NCBI GenBank assembly: GCA_951406725.2
Contig: OX597838.1
Span: forward strand, 20,150,001-20,214,000
DNA: 64,000 bases
Reading direction: 5' to 3'
Source: Octopus vulgaris
Taxonomy: Eukaryota
Shown: positions 56,001-64,000 of the stretch, piece by piece
Layout of the letters: every line of letters begins with the position of its first letter
How positions within the stretch are numbered: the stretch's first letter is position 1
The notes under the pieces: model-generated
Database searches by the model: none
The model's input: the letters and a program-made list of their open reading frames with translations, nothing else
What the model was told of the DNA's origin: nothing
Translations under genes and position numbers: made by a program

Positions 56001-56833
56001 CAGAAGACTGCACCAGGCTTTACTGTCCATTTTGGCATGGTCTTTATGGCTGGATGACCTTCCTAATGCCAACCACTTTACAGAGTAGCCTGGGTGCTTT
56101 TTATACATATATATATATGGCTTAGTCACGTTAACAAAGGGATGTGGGTTCGAGTCCCATGCAGATAGGAAAACCCCCTTTATTTTTCTGTTGATGGCTA
56201 TTTTCCTTAGTTATTGCATGGTGATTGCTATAAGCTTTAGGATTATTTAAATACCATTATTATTTACAGGATTGTGAAACCCAGCAATGTATAAAGAAGC
56301 TATTTGCATAGCTCAGTGGTTAGAGCGTCGAGCCTATGATTGTGAGGTTATGAGTTTGAATCCCGGACCAGGCTGCGTGTTGTGTTTTTGAGCAAGGTAC
56401 TTTGCTCCAGTTCACTCAGCTGTAGAAATGAGTTGCGATGTCACAGGTGCCAAGTTGTATTGGCCTTTGCCTTTCCCTTGGATAACATTGGTGGCATGGG
56501 TGACTGCTAGTCTTCCATAAACAACCTTGCCCGACTTGTGCCTGGGAGCCTAACTTTCTTGGTGCAATCCCACAGTCACGACCGTTTCTACAGCTGGATG
56601 CCCTTCCTAATGCCAACCACTCCAAGAGTGTAATGGGTGCTTTTTACATGCCAGTTATGTGAGACTGGCATCGATCACAACTATGATTCTAACCCATGAC
56701 AGCATAGGAGATGGATGTCAAATGATGATGAAAATGTGTGTAGACACACACACACATACACACAAATATAGTTGCTGTGAAATAGTGTTGATTTATCTAC
56801 TTTGAGTATATATTTATCATGTAGCCTATAGTA

Positions 56834-56871
<38 letters not shown>

Positions 56872-57665
56872 ATGTGTGTGTGTGTGTGTAGCAATATATC
56901 CTATTGAGAACATAATATATTTTAGTGTATTTTTGTGGAGGCATGTGGCTTACTGGTTAGTGTTGGACTAATGATAGTAAGATTGTGGTTTCGATCCCTA
57001 GAACGGGCAATGTGTTGTGCTCTTGAGCAAAACACTTCAACTGTTGATAACAATCTAAGCTGGAGTTCCCACATAAACAGCAAGGTTGACTTGGCCTGCC
57101 AGATGTGCTCCTGGATTCTGAGAACTTTCCGGTTTAGACATGTCTACACCATCGTCCCTCTCTACTCTACTATTGCCCAACCCCACCTTGAAAACTGTTG
57201 TAGAATACTCAGCTGTAGAAATGAGTTTAACCTAGAGAGGCTTTCTCACCTAAGATATGCTGTATAACTGCAATGACCCCCAAGGGGTTAAGGGGCTTGT
57301 CATTAGTGTATTTCATTTTGTGGGAATTGTTGCTATTACTGCTTTTTTTGTGTCTGTATATTATAATTTTTCTTCGTAATAATTCACTAATATTTCTGTC
57401 TACAGGTGGATTACCCCAACAATTATCTCCGTCTGGACCTCCTTGGCAGAATGCAGCCGTTCCTCCACCACCTCCATCAAATGTGCCTCCATGGCAACAA
57501 GGACCCATGCATTCGATCGGCACTTCGGTTGCTCCACCACCACCTCCACCAGGAAGCCAGCACGGTTACGGTGGAATCCCTCCGCCCCCGCCTCCTGGAG
57601 GATATGACATGAATCCTGGAATGAATCCACTGCTTGTTGCCCCTCCACCACCACCACCCAGCTAG
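9873..57665 (+). CDS. SF1: Splicing factor 1 (branch-point binding protein), 5'-partial, 12 coding exons, ~568 aa in window
   Basis: join(9873..10007,14983..15058,45209..45361,46199..46319,46594..46746,47365..47483,47613..47717,49081..49144,51237..51377,52244..52526,54652..54750,57406..57665). All junctions are GT-AG and phase-compatible. The translation matches SF1 hallmarks ([67 protein letters not shown]2CX4HX4C). Confidence 0.97.
10126..10760. repeat. (TA)n/(TG)n/(TATG)n microsatellite field
   Basis: Long TA runs at ~10142-10186 and ~10628-10760. These produce the spurious Y/I/H-rich ORFs. Confidence 0.9.
12975..13342 (-). mobile_element. SINE family A copy
   Basis: Reverse complement of the 30494 element. 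Confidence 0.75.
14983..15058 (+). CDS. SF1: SF1 76-nt exon ([26 protein letters not shown])
   Basis: Acceptor ttcattccag, weak donor AG|gtttga, phase 1/2. Confidence 0.95.
18600..20330 (-). pseudogene. Heavily decayed LINE reverse-transcriptase remnant (tentative)
   Basis: The minus strand near 20000-20020 reads VDLEKK (cf. RT motif VDLEKAFD). Many stops and frameshifts; boundaries uncertain. Confidence 0.3.
21168..21382. mobile_element. mariner-type MITE
   Basis: TA|cgagggggtgctgaaaa ... ttttcagcacccctttg|TA. Confidence 0.75.
21456..21793 (+). mobile_element. tRNA-derived SINE family C, full length
   Basis: A box tggctcagtggttaga, B-box-like gctcgaatccc, TSD TTAGAGGT on both sides. Relatives lie at ~12238, 14192, 54908, 56305, 56938, 60660-60860(-) and 62338(-). 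Confidence 0.85.
27040..28210 (-). pseudogene. RTE-clade LINE reverse-transcriptase fragment
   Basis: Minus-strand peptides [36 protein letters not shown] and [14 protein letters not shown] (YADD region). Stops and frameshifts are present. Confidence 0.85.
29515..29717. mobile_element. piggyBac-type MITE, second family
   Basis: TTAA|CCCTTTTGTTACC ... GGTGTCAAAAGGG|TTGA. Relatives lie at ~2524-2742, ~31020-31211, ~32465-32680, ~33195-33404 and 61894-62114. Confidence 0.7.
30494..30890 (+). mobile_element. tRNA-derived SINE family A, full length
   Basis: ggcgcaggagtggctctgtggtaag head, internal (TA)/(TG) microsatellite, ending gactgaaacaagtaaaaaa. Near-identical to 52590-53005. Confidence 0.9.
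32685..33006 (-). mobile_element. CR1-clade LINE 3' end
   Basis: Encodes [28 protein letters not shown], shared with 48519-48992, followed by 3'UTR gtgcacctgagcactgtata and an (att)n tail. Confidence 0.85.
34755..34818 (-). ncRNA. Type I minimal hammerhead ribozyme (Penelope-like element remnant), possibly inactive
   Basis: Minus strand: GATGGGTG-CTGAGGA-AGGGGCAAAACCCTCC-GAAA-TATGGCATA-CA-CACTCATT. It has the CUGANGA and GAAA core, stem II, a palindromic stem III and an 8-bp stem I. Confidence 0.65.
35636..35864. mobile_element. hAT-like MITE
   Basis: taggggttctctacca ... tggttgagaaccactg. The interior matches the reverse complement of the host element at 5144-5775. Confidence 0.65.
36001..36231 (+). 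mobile_element. SINE family B
   Basis: ggcggcgagctggcagaaacgttagc...gagttcaaattc...gtcgactttgcctttcatcctttYggggtcgataaattaagtaccag. Other copies lie at 50397 and 51459, and a decayed one at ~42650. Confidence 0.85.
36990..37430 (-). mobile_element. RTE-tail repeat with internal degenerate tandem units
   Basis: (cat)n followed by the family consensus, then repeated gtgcttttYacRtgccaccggcac units. Confidence 0.75.
37509..37741. mobile_element. Tc1-type MITE
   Basis: ~37-bp TIR cagggttggccagaagtcacctgacagtaaatcaaaa / ttttgatttaccgtcaggtgacttttggccaacactg, inside a TA/TG microsatellite. Confidence 0.85.
40645..40797 (+). mobile_element. RTE-tail repeat, well-preserved 5'-truncated copy
   Basis: Family consensus with a clean (gat)n tail. 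Confidence 0.8.
43625..44400. repeat. Degenerate 23-bp minisatellite with an internal inverted block
   Basis: Unit ttaaccatccatatattgctgtc (43851-43873, 43874-43896, 43918-43940, 43941-43963). Segment ~44040-44190 is in reverse orientation. Confidence 0.75.
45209..45361 (+). CDS. SF1: SF1 exon ([51 protein letters not shown])
   Basis: Acceptor ttttattccacag, donor AA|gtaata, 153 nt, phase 2/2. Not in the ORF track. Confidence 0.96.
46199..46319 (+). CDS. SF1: SF1 exon, KH domain part 1 (GPRG loop)
   Basis: [40 protein letters not shown]; tcatccag / GAG|gtaatt. Confidence 0.97.
46594..46746 (+). CDS. SF1: SF1 exon, KH domain part 2
   Basis: [51 protein letters not shown]; ttttgtag / AAG|gtaaac. 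Confidence 0.97.
47045..47300 (-). mobile_element. RTE-tail repeat copy
   Basis: Closely similar to 6346-6585. It explains the N-terminal part of ORF 47086..47487. Confidence 0.8.
47365..47483 (+). CDS. SF1: SF1 exon, QUA2 region
   Basis: [40 protein letters not shown]; ttttcag / GC|gtaagt. Confidence 0.97.
47613..47717 (+). CDS. SF1: SF1 exon, CCHC zinc knuckle
   Basis: [35 protein letters not shown]; ttattcag / AG|gtattt. Confidence 0.95.
47741..48012. repeat. Compound (ATGTA/ATGCA/TG)n microsatellite
   Basis: Repeated gtaatgtatgcaatgcaatgtatg blocks separated by (tg)n. Confidence 0.85.
48027..48107 (+). ncRNA. Candidate intronic box C/D snoRNA, copy 1
   Basis: Box C-like ATGATGT 48030-36, internal CTGA 48069-72, box D CTGA 48099-102 (73 nt from C to D). 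72/81 identical and ungapped against copy 2. TTGTTACGACTT is antisense to SSU rRNA. Confidence 0.55.
48540..49058 (+). mobile_element. CR1-clade LINE 3' end (RT C-terminal region, 3'UTR and (att)n tail)
   Basis: Open frame [16 protein letters not shown]...[13 protein letters not shown]...YSERL...RGHAYK...[17 protein letters not shown], typical of the CR1/L2 ORF2 end. Confidence 0.92.
49081..49144 (+). CDS. SF1: SF1 exon ([21 protein letters not shown])
   Basis: tctctttcag / GAG|gtaaat. Resembles human RPGDPQSAQDKARMDKE. Confidence 0.94.
49861..49941 (+). ncRNA. Candidate intronic box C/D snoRNA, copy 2
   Basis: ATGATGT 49864-70, CTGA 49903-06, CTGA 49933-36, TGTTACGACTT 49879-89. Box-adjacent GGTATTTCATTG and CTTCTCCACT are complementary to recalled conserved 28S sequences. 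Confidence 0.6.
50068..50805 (-). mobile_element. RTE LINE 3' end joined to the RTE-tail repeat, interrupted by a SINE
   Basis: [42 protein letters not shown] is an RTE ORF C-terminus. It links the (GAT)n repeat family to an RTE partner LINE. Confidence 0.8.
50397..50629 (+). mobile_element. SINE family B with TSD
   Basis: 16-bp TSD agatatctcagtcctt (50381-96) / agatatctcaatcctt (50630-45). Confidence 0.9.
51237..51377 (+). CDS. SF1: SF1 exon ([17 protein letters not shown]...PPPNPM)
   Basis: atttctag / ATG|gtaagt. Conserved [10 protein letters not shown] motif, upstream aactaat branch motif. Confidence 0.95.
52244..52526 (+). CDS. SF1: SF1 exon, proline-rich region
   Basis: ctttcag / G|gtaagt. 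ALNPPWQ...[11 protein letters not shown]...LPPWQQ. Confidence 0.92.
52590..54115 (+). mobile_element. Head-to-tail cluster of four SINE family A copies
   Basis: Copies start at ~52590, ~53106, ~53425 and ~53750, all in the same orientation. Confidence 0.85.
54150..54328 (-). mobile_element. BovB-like RTE LINE 3' end
   Basis: Minus strand [52 protein letters not shown], followed by a (GATA)n tail. Confidence 0.8.
54652..54750 (+). CDS. SF1: SF1 exon ([33 protein letters not shown]), alternative start 54649
   Basis: Tandem acceptor aag|cag|, donor G|gtaagt, phase 1/1. Confidence 0.88.
57406..57665 (+). CDS. SF1: SF1 terminal coding exon ending ...[11 protein letters not shown]
   Basis: Branch motif tcactaat 57384-91, acceptor tctacag, TAG 57663-65. 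Confidence 0.93.
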
Positions 57666-59740
57666 ACCATTCCACCCATCTGAGTTAGCAGTGGCACCAT
57701 CTTGTACATACAGAACTGAAGCCATCTCAGGGAGAAGGCTGCTTTTTTTTTTTTTTCTCTCATGGTTAACACTCAGAACTTTCCTTCTGTTCTTGCTGCG
57801 TGTGCGCACACACTTAGAGACACACACACACTTGTCTACCCCTCCCCATCCTTCCAGCCTGCTGTAACTCACACCCCCTTCTTCTCTACCTTTGCTCTTT
57901 GGTATCAGTTCTTCTCTGCCAGATACGTCCACAAACCTGACAATTTTCTATGCAGTGTGTCTTTGCATATGCTGCATTAAAACCATTATATATATATTTT
58001 TTTCATGTTTTACAGGAAAAAAAAATTTACTTCCACATTTGTAAAACAATCCATTTGAACCCCAAACATGCAGACCAGCCAAAAGAAGAAAAAAAAATCT
58101 CTCTGCCACACCCCTATTTTATTTTCTTTCATTCTTATCTCTTTCCTTTATTTTACTCACGCACAGATTTAAAAAAAAAAATCTTCCATTATAGAAATCC
58201 TTCTGCTTTCTCTGCACCTTTCCCAGCCGGGGCTGATGAATTAGTTTATTAGAAATGTGACAAACTGTTTTAGTTTGCCTAAAATTTACACTAAAGATGA
58301 AGAAATTTGTAAACGAAAAAAAAGTCTTTTGGGTTAACTTCAATTTTATTTTTTATATAAGATTGAAAACAGATTTAAGTCTCCATGTAAAGTGTGAATG
58401 AAAAACATACATGCATGTAAAATATATGAGAGAAAAAAAATAATGTTCCAAAATATTTGTGATTTGAATTAGATTTAGAAAGTCTTTGTTGCAACATCAG
58501 TGGAAGACATTTTTGTTGTCTAACATCTCAGAAGTCAGCTTTATATATTATATAAATATCTTTTTGTACAATTAGCATTTTTTTTTCTTTTTCACTTTGT
58601 TGTCGAAAGTAATTTATCTTTGCAAAAGTAAACTCTTTCTTTGTTGCTTAGCTGATGCATAAAAGTTCTTTACAAAAATAAATAAACCCTTAAAAACTTC
58701 AATACTAGACTAGGAAGGAAAGCATAACAAATGGAAAGGGATTTTTAATAGAATTGGTGGTGGTATTGTGGTGAAACCTTTATTTAATCTTAAATTGTGT
58801 GCTACGGAGAAGAAGGTCCTTACATAATGATTTAACTGGCTAAAACAGTTATTAAAAAAAGGAAAAGGACGCGACAACATACATAGTCTTAGTTGATTGT
58901 CCTGTGACTTTAGGAAGATTATTTTGGTGTTGTTGTTATTGGTGCAACAGTAGGAGCTATGGTGATTTGCTTGTGAAACACATAGATATCTGTTGTAAGG
59001 CACTGGAACAAGATTACTGCACCCACAACCAGCAAGAACCAATATTTGTCAGGTGCCTGTAATAAGAGAAGGAACAGTCATTTTCCACTAATGTTTGTGT
59101 GTGTGTGCGTGCGTGTGTGGATATTATAATTAAAAATACGAAGGTGGAAGTGGGTTGTATTATATTTAATTTGTTGCAATGGGGAAAAAAAAAAATTTTT
59201 TTTTCTAAACTTCATTTTTTTTTTTTTAATTACATTTGTTTCAATTTTTTTTTTCCTCCCTCTCCACAAGATTTTTTATAATTCACAAAAATTACAAACT
59301 TGTTGATTATATATATATATATACATTCATACAAAGAACTGTCAGGAAAAGGTGATGAAGTACTACAGTAAATTGAAACATTCTATTAAAAGAGTATCAA
59401 CGAAATTGGCAGAGCTCCTCAAGGACCCTGCTATCTTCTTTCATTTTATATTCTCTTTGCAAAAAACAGAAAAGGAACAAAAAAAAAAAGGAAAAAAATT
59501 TATTTCAGAAATACTCAAAAAAATGTCGGATATTTACCAAGTCTCCACTTCTGTACCACCAAGCCTGCATTGAAGGTTTAAAAAAATTTTTTTCAATTAA
59601 TGACTTGTAAAAAGAAAATTGATAATTACAGTGAACATTTTTAGATCAACATCTAACAAATTGTTATTTAGGATTTTCTTTTCAATATTGTTATAAACTT
59701 TTAAGATCAAAATAAATTGGGAAAAGTCTCTTCTTCTTAT
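57666..59740 (+). other. Probable SF1 3'UTR with candidate poly(A) signals
   Basis: About 2.1 kb free of recognisable TEs and rich in A/U homopolymers. AATAAA at 58677-82, 58681-86 and 59711-16. Confidence 0.6.
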
Positions 59741-60897
59741 TTATTTTTGCAAATGACTTAAGTTTCCATAAATGATTTTTCAGATGTGTTCAAGGACTTC
59801 TTTCATTAAAATGCCAATTAACATTTACTTGTTCACCCTTTTAGCATTCAGATTACTCTGTCAAATGTAATGCATATTTATTCGGTATTTTGAATTAATC
59901 ATGCAATGTTGTAATTGTCTATTTTGAGAAGGACATAGTAACATAGGTGTGAGAAGCCAGATATGGCCAGTTTAATGAAACTAGTCTAAATTTACGGTTA
60001 TTTTAGAATTTAATTGAAACTCATAAGGGGTGTATTTTGGTTAGAAACATAGCCAAACTACTACGTTATGGGGATGTAGACAGACCACTAACAGACCATC
60101 TCAGAATAAATACGGTAACAAAAGGGTTAAATAATAAACTGCGATATGGCGAGGGATGACTCATTTCTCTTTGTAAAATAGTAGAGTATGAAGGCTGGAA
60201 CTTACCACAGCACATGCCACCAGGCTGCTCACTGAAAGAAAATAAAAACAAAGAAAACTGAATGTATGTGTTTGGTGGTGACTCGGTTAAATATAGCACA
60301 GGTATACTCTTTTTTTTTTTACTTGTTTCAGTCATTTGAATAAGTACTGGGCTTACAAAGAATAAGTTCCGGGGTCGAGTTGCTCGATTAAAGGCGGTGC
60401 TCCAGCATGGCTGCAGTCAAATGACTGAAACAAATAAAAGAGTAAGTAACATAGACCCAAGACAGAAAAGATGCCATGGTTTGCGGGAGTCTGGATGGGA
60501 CTGGTCCTTGATCAACCGATGGTGGTGTGTTTACGTCCCCGTAGCATAGCGGTTCGGCAAAAGAGACCAATAGAGTAAGTCCTGGGGTCAATTTGCTTGA
60601 CTAAAGGCGGTGCTCCAGCATGGCCACAGTCAAATGACTGAAACAAGTAAAAGATTCATAGGGTTGTTTTTCCAGGTTTCAGTGCTGTATGTATATATAT
60701 ATTCCTCACCTGGATAGGATGCCAATCCCTCACCGGGTTACTGCTGAGTAGACTGGAGCATCATGAAATGAAGTGTTTTGCTCAAGAACACATGTCGCCA
60801 GGTCCAGGAATTGAAACCACAATCTTACAATCAGGAGTCCAACACCTTAATCACTAATCGATGCACTTCTATGTAATGAATTATGAAGTATTAGATA

Positions 60898-61441
60898 CCG
60901 TAAATCCTTGAGTATAATCTGCATTTTTTTTCCCAAAATTTAAAGGTCAAAATCCTTAGTGCGTACTATATACGAGGTTAAAATTGAAAAATATTTTCTA
61001 AGCAATGTCCGAGTCTCTATTTGCTGTCCAGCAATGTTTATTCAGATGCATTTTGTGATGTCAGGCACAAAAATATCTTAAGCTAAGCCTAAAAGCAATG
61101 AAGTCATAAAAGAATCATCCATAACTTGCAGTAAGCAACATTTATTAAACGTTATTACTGTTATTTCTTTATTTTCTGCAAACAAAATGCACAAAAAAGC
61201 TACACGTTTGCATTATGTTATATATACAAGAATAATTAATTCTTTTATGTATATATACAATAATAATAAAGGACATTACCGTATACATTTTTACAAACCA
61301 AGGACGTTGTATAGACCTCCTTGACTCAAGTTAGAGAAGGGGTGCGTATTATACACAAGGTTTAGGTTTTTCAGAGGTACAGCCCCCTAAAAATCCCCTG
61401 CGTATTATACTCAAGGGTGGACTATACTCAGAGATTTACTG
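60898..61441. mobile_element. Tc1/mariner (pogo-like) MITE
   Basis: TA|ccgtaaatccttgagtataatc ... gactatactcagagatttactg|TA. Confidence 0.75.
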
Positions 61442-61893
61442 TATATAAAAAGGCATGATGGTCTTTGTTAAATGCTTTTGGAGATAAGATCTACTGAATA
61501 GGGTTAGTTTAGGACTAACTACTATACTTACTAACTAAATTGCAGGCAAGAAGATAGTCCGGAGATGAGTTTTCTCTGACATGACCTTGGACCAAACATA
61601 TAAGGAATGATATCTGTAATAAAACAAAAATACAATGAAAAGAGGGTGATACAGAAGGCCAGAGCAACAATGGCTAAACTGAATGAAGGAGAGGGGGGAA
61701 AAAGTTGGAATGGTCATGACTGGAATAACTTTGATCGTAGGACTTGCAGGATAAAGTTTGAGGGCAACAACAAGGATAGGAAAGAAGATTCATAATCCAG
61801 ACTAGGTTTGAGGAAGTTGAGCAGGCAGAGTTTAAGCATATGGGATCTGTATGTGAGATAACTTAGAAATGGATGGAGACACAGATGGATTAA

Positions 61894-62114
61894 CCCTTTT
61901 GTTACTGTGTTTATTTTGAGATACTCTCTGTTTATCTCAATTATTTTGGATGTAACAAAGAATTTAGTAAAATAACGTAGTTATCATTAAGCTAGTATTA
62001 GGAACATAATTTGTGACTAAGGTTTGGTGGAAGATTTTAATTCAGAACTTATGAAAACAAGACATTTGTACTACAGAGCCAGAGCTGGTTTCAGTCGGGT
62101 TGGTAACAAAAGGG
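61894..62114. mobile_element. piggyBac-type MITE, second family
   Basis: TTAA|CCCTTTTGTTAC ... GTAACAAAAGGG|CTAA. Confidence 0.8.
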
Positions 62115-62337
62115 CTAAACAATGAGGGGAAAAGATGGTATATTGTTAATTGGGAGGAGTTGAGGTGGAAGAGACGGAGGAAACAAGGCATCTTTGAGCC
62201 TGTGGTTGTAGCATGGTAGGGAGAAAGTTTACATTGATCATCTTGATGGTATGGCAGTTGGTTTCATTTTCATGTTTATTCACATGCAGTTCATGCCTCT
62301 ATCATGTATGCAAACCCCGTTTTCAACCAATGAGAGT

Positions 62338-62685
62338 AATCGAGACCCCTTTTGCTCAAGACACTGACCATGGGATTGCACCTACAAAGTTACCCACCGA
62401 GGCACAAGTCCGGGCAAAGTTGTTTATGGAAGACCAGCAGTTGCCCACCATGAATACCGGCCTCCCTTCTCCATGCCACCAGTGTTATCCAAGGGAAAGG
62501 CAAAGGGGCCGATACAGCTTGGCACCTGTGACGTCGCAACTCATTTCTGCAGCTGAGTGAACTGGAGCAATGTGAAATAAAGTGTCTTGCTCAAGAACAC
62601 AGCATGCAGCCCGGTCCAGGAATCGAACTCACAACCTCATGATTGTAAACTCAATGCTCTAACCACTGAGCCATGTGCCTTCACT
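62338..62685 (-). mobile_element. SINE family C with TSD
   Basis: 12-bp TSD accaatgagagt at 62326-37 and 62686-97. Confidence 0.88.
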
Positions 62686-63134
62686 ACCAATGAGAGTGTA
62701 CACGATAATTCTAGAAAATTCTTCTAGTAATGGCTTTATAAAAAACTGAATTTGGCGCGTTAAGAGAGACTTTGACTTACCTTGCCGCAGTCATACCACT
62801 CTGCCCTCAAGCTGTTCTTACAGCTTCATACTCAAACCAGTGCAATACCGCCTAATAGTTACCTTCACAGCTATAAACCAACTTGGAGATGAAGAAGAAT
62901 CAATGCCATATGTTTTTGCAGCAATGTGCCAACCAGTTAAATCATTAAGTTTTTAACTCCTGTAAATTATGTTGATCAGCATATGTAATTTATATTCACC
63001 GTATCAACCAGACTATCAGGTGTTGCTATACACCACTGAATGCCATATGGTTCTTCACATTGTTGTAGCTTTCAAATGAAGCTACCCTACTGGCTAGGAA
63101 TGCTGATCAACATATCCCCTGAACAGAATGTCTG

Positions 63135-64000
63135 TCTGATGGTCTCAGTGCTAGAGATGACAAAGATTTATCTCCCTGCGATCGGTATAAACAAGAGTTC
63201 ATTTTTGCACCAAAAGCCAATATGGGAATTTCTCTCATGGTACCTACCACAGTATAGTTTGTTCTAACAGAACATCCAGCTTTAAGATGGGGATAAATAT
63301 TATCTCTCAGTATTAGTACTACCTCTGTCGCTAATATATATATTTTTAATCAGCTCACTGGCTAATTATGACACCAGCACCTGCCCTGGCACTGTTATTC
63401 TATATATCACTGTGCCTCTAGCAGTCAAGTGTCCATCATTGATGAGACAACGGAAGACTGAAATCACGTGATCTGGTGTTTTCAGTGCTGGAGGTGGCCA
63501 GGGATTTATCTCCCCACTAGTGATATAAACAAGTCCATTTTTGCACCAAAAGCCAATATGAGAGATTCTCTCTTGGAATCTAAAACAGTATAATTTGTTC
63601 TAACAGAACATCTGTGTTTAAGTGGAGATAAACATTACCTCTTCATATTAATACTTCCTCTGTCGCTGATAAAAATTTTTTAACAAGCTTACTGGCTAAT
63701 CATGACATCAGCACTTGTTCTGGCAATGTTATCTTATATCCATCGCTAGCTGGGAAATGAATCACTGCTATCTCTAGTGGCCGAGTGTCCATCATTGATA
63801 AGACCAAGGAAGGTTGAAATCATGTGATCTGGTGATCTCAGTGCTGGAGGTGGCAGAGATTTATCTCTTCACTAGTGATATAAACAAGTCCATTTTTGCA
63901 CCAAAAGCCAATATGAGAGTTTCTCTCGTGGTATCTACCGCAGTATAGTTTGTTCTAATAGAACATCCACTTTCAAGTGGGAGTAAATATTACCTCTTGG
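63135..64000. repeat. Tandem array, unit ~338-356 bp, at least 2.5 copies, runs off the window
   Basis: Anchor tataaacaag...catttttgcaccaaaagccaatatg recurs at ~63186, ~63524 and ~63880. Confidence 0.9.

Noticed and set aside
56118-56170. GGTTCGAGTCCC B-box fragment
   Set aside because: No D-arm or acceptor stem; not a tRNA.
57227-57932. Antisense and alternative-frame ORFs over the last SF1 exon
   Set aside because: Shadow frames of Pro-rich (CCN) coding sequence.
58233-58265. CTGATGA...GAAA in the 3'UTR as a hammerhead
   Set aside because: The stem II closing pair, the U16.1 base and stem I are all missing.

Overview
AT-rich, repeat-dense animal genomic DNA. The SINE families and (TA)n/(CA)n content resemble an octopus (inference). 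The window holds most of one + strand gene, splicing factor 1 (SF1/BBP). Twelve coding exons from 9873 to 57665 splice in frame at GT-AG junctions into about 568 aa: ULM (KKRSRW), RSPSP helix hairpin, KH-QUA2, one CCHC zinc knuckle and a Pro-rich tail. The ATG-bearing exon was not found in the window. The introns, one of about 30 kb, are filled with tRNA-derived SINEs, RTE-tail repeats, CR1/RTE LINE fragments, hAT/piggyBac/Tc1-mariner MITEs and a Helitron. A ~340-356 bp tandem array starts near 63135. Most ORFs in the supplied track are repeat artefacts, and several real exons are missing from it. The most interesting candidates are: (1) a two-copy 73-nt box C/D snoRNA-like element in consecutive SF1 introns, complementary to the conserved SSU rRNA sequence AAGUCGUAACA (U13/SNORD13-like) and with box-adjacent 28S complementarities; (2) a Penelope-type minimal hammerhead ribozyme; (3) possible unproductive-splicing or autoregulatory signals around the 30-kb intron. 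rRNA and human SF1 comparisons rely on recalled sequence and need checking.
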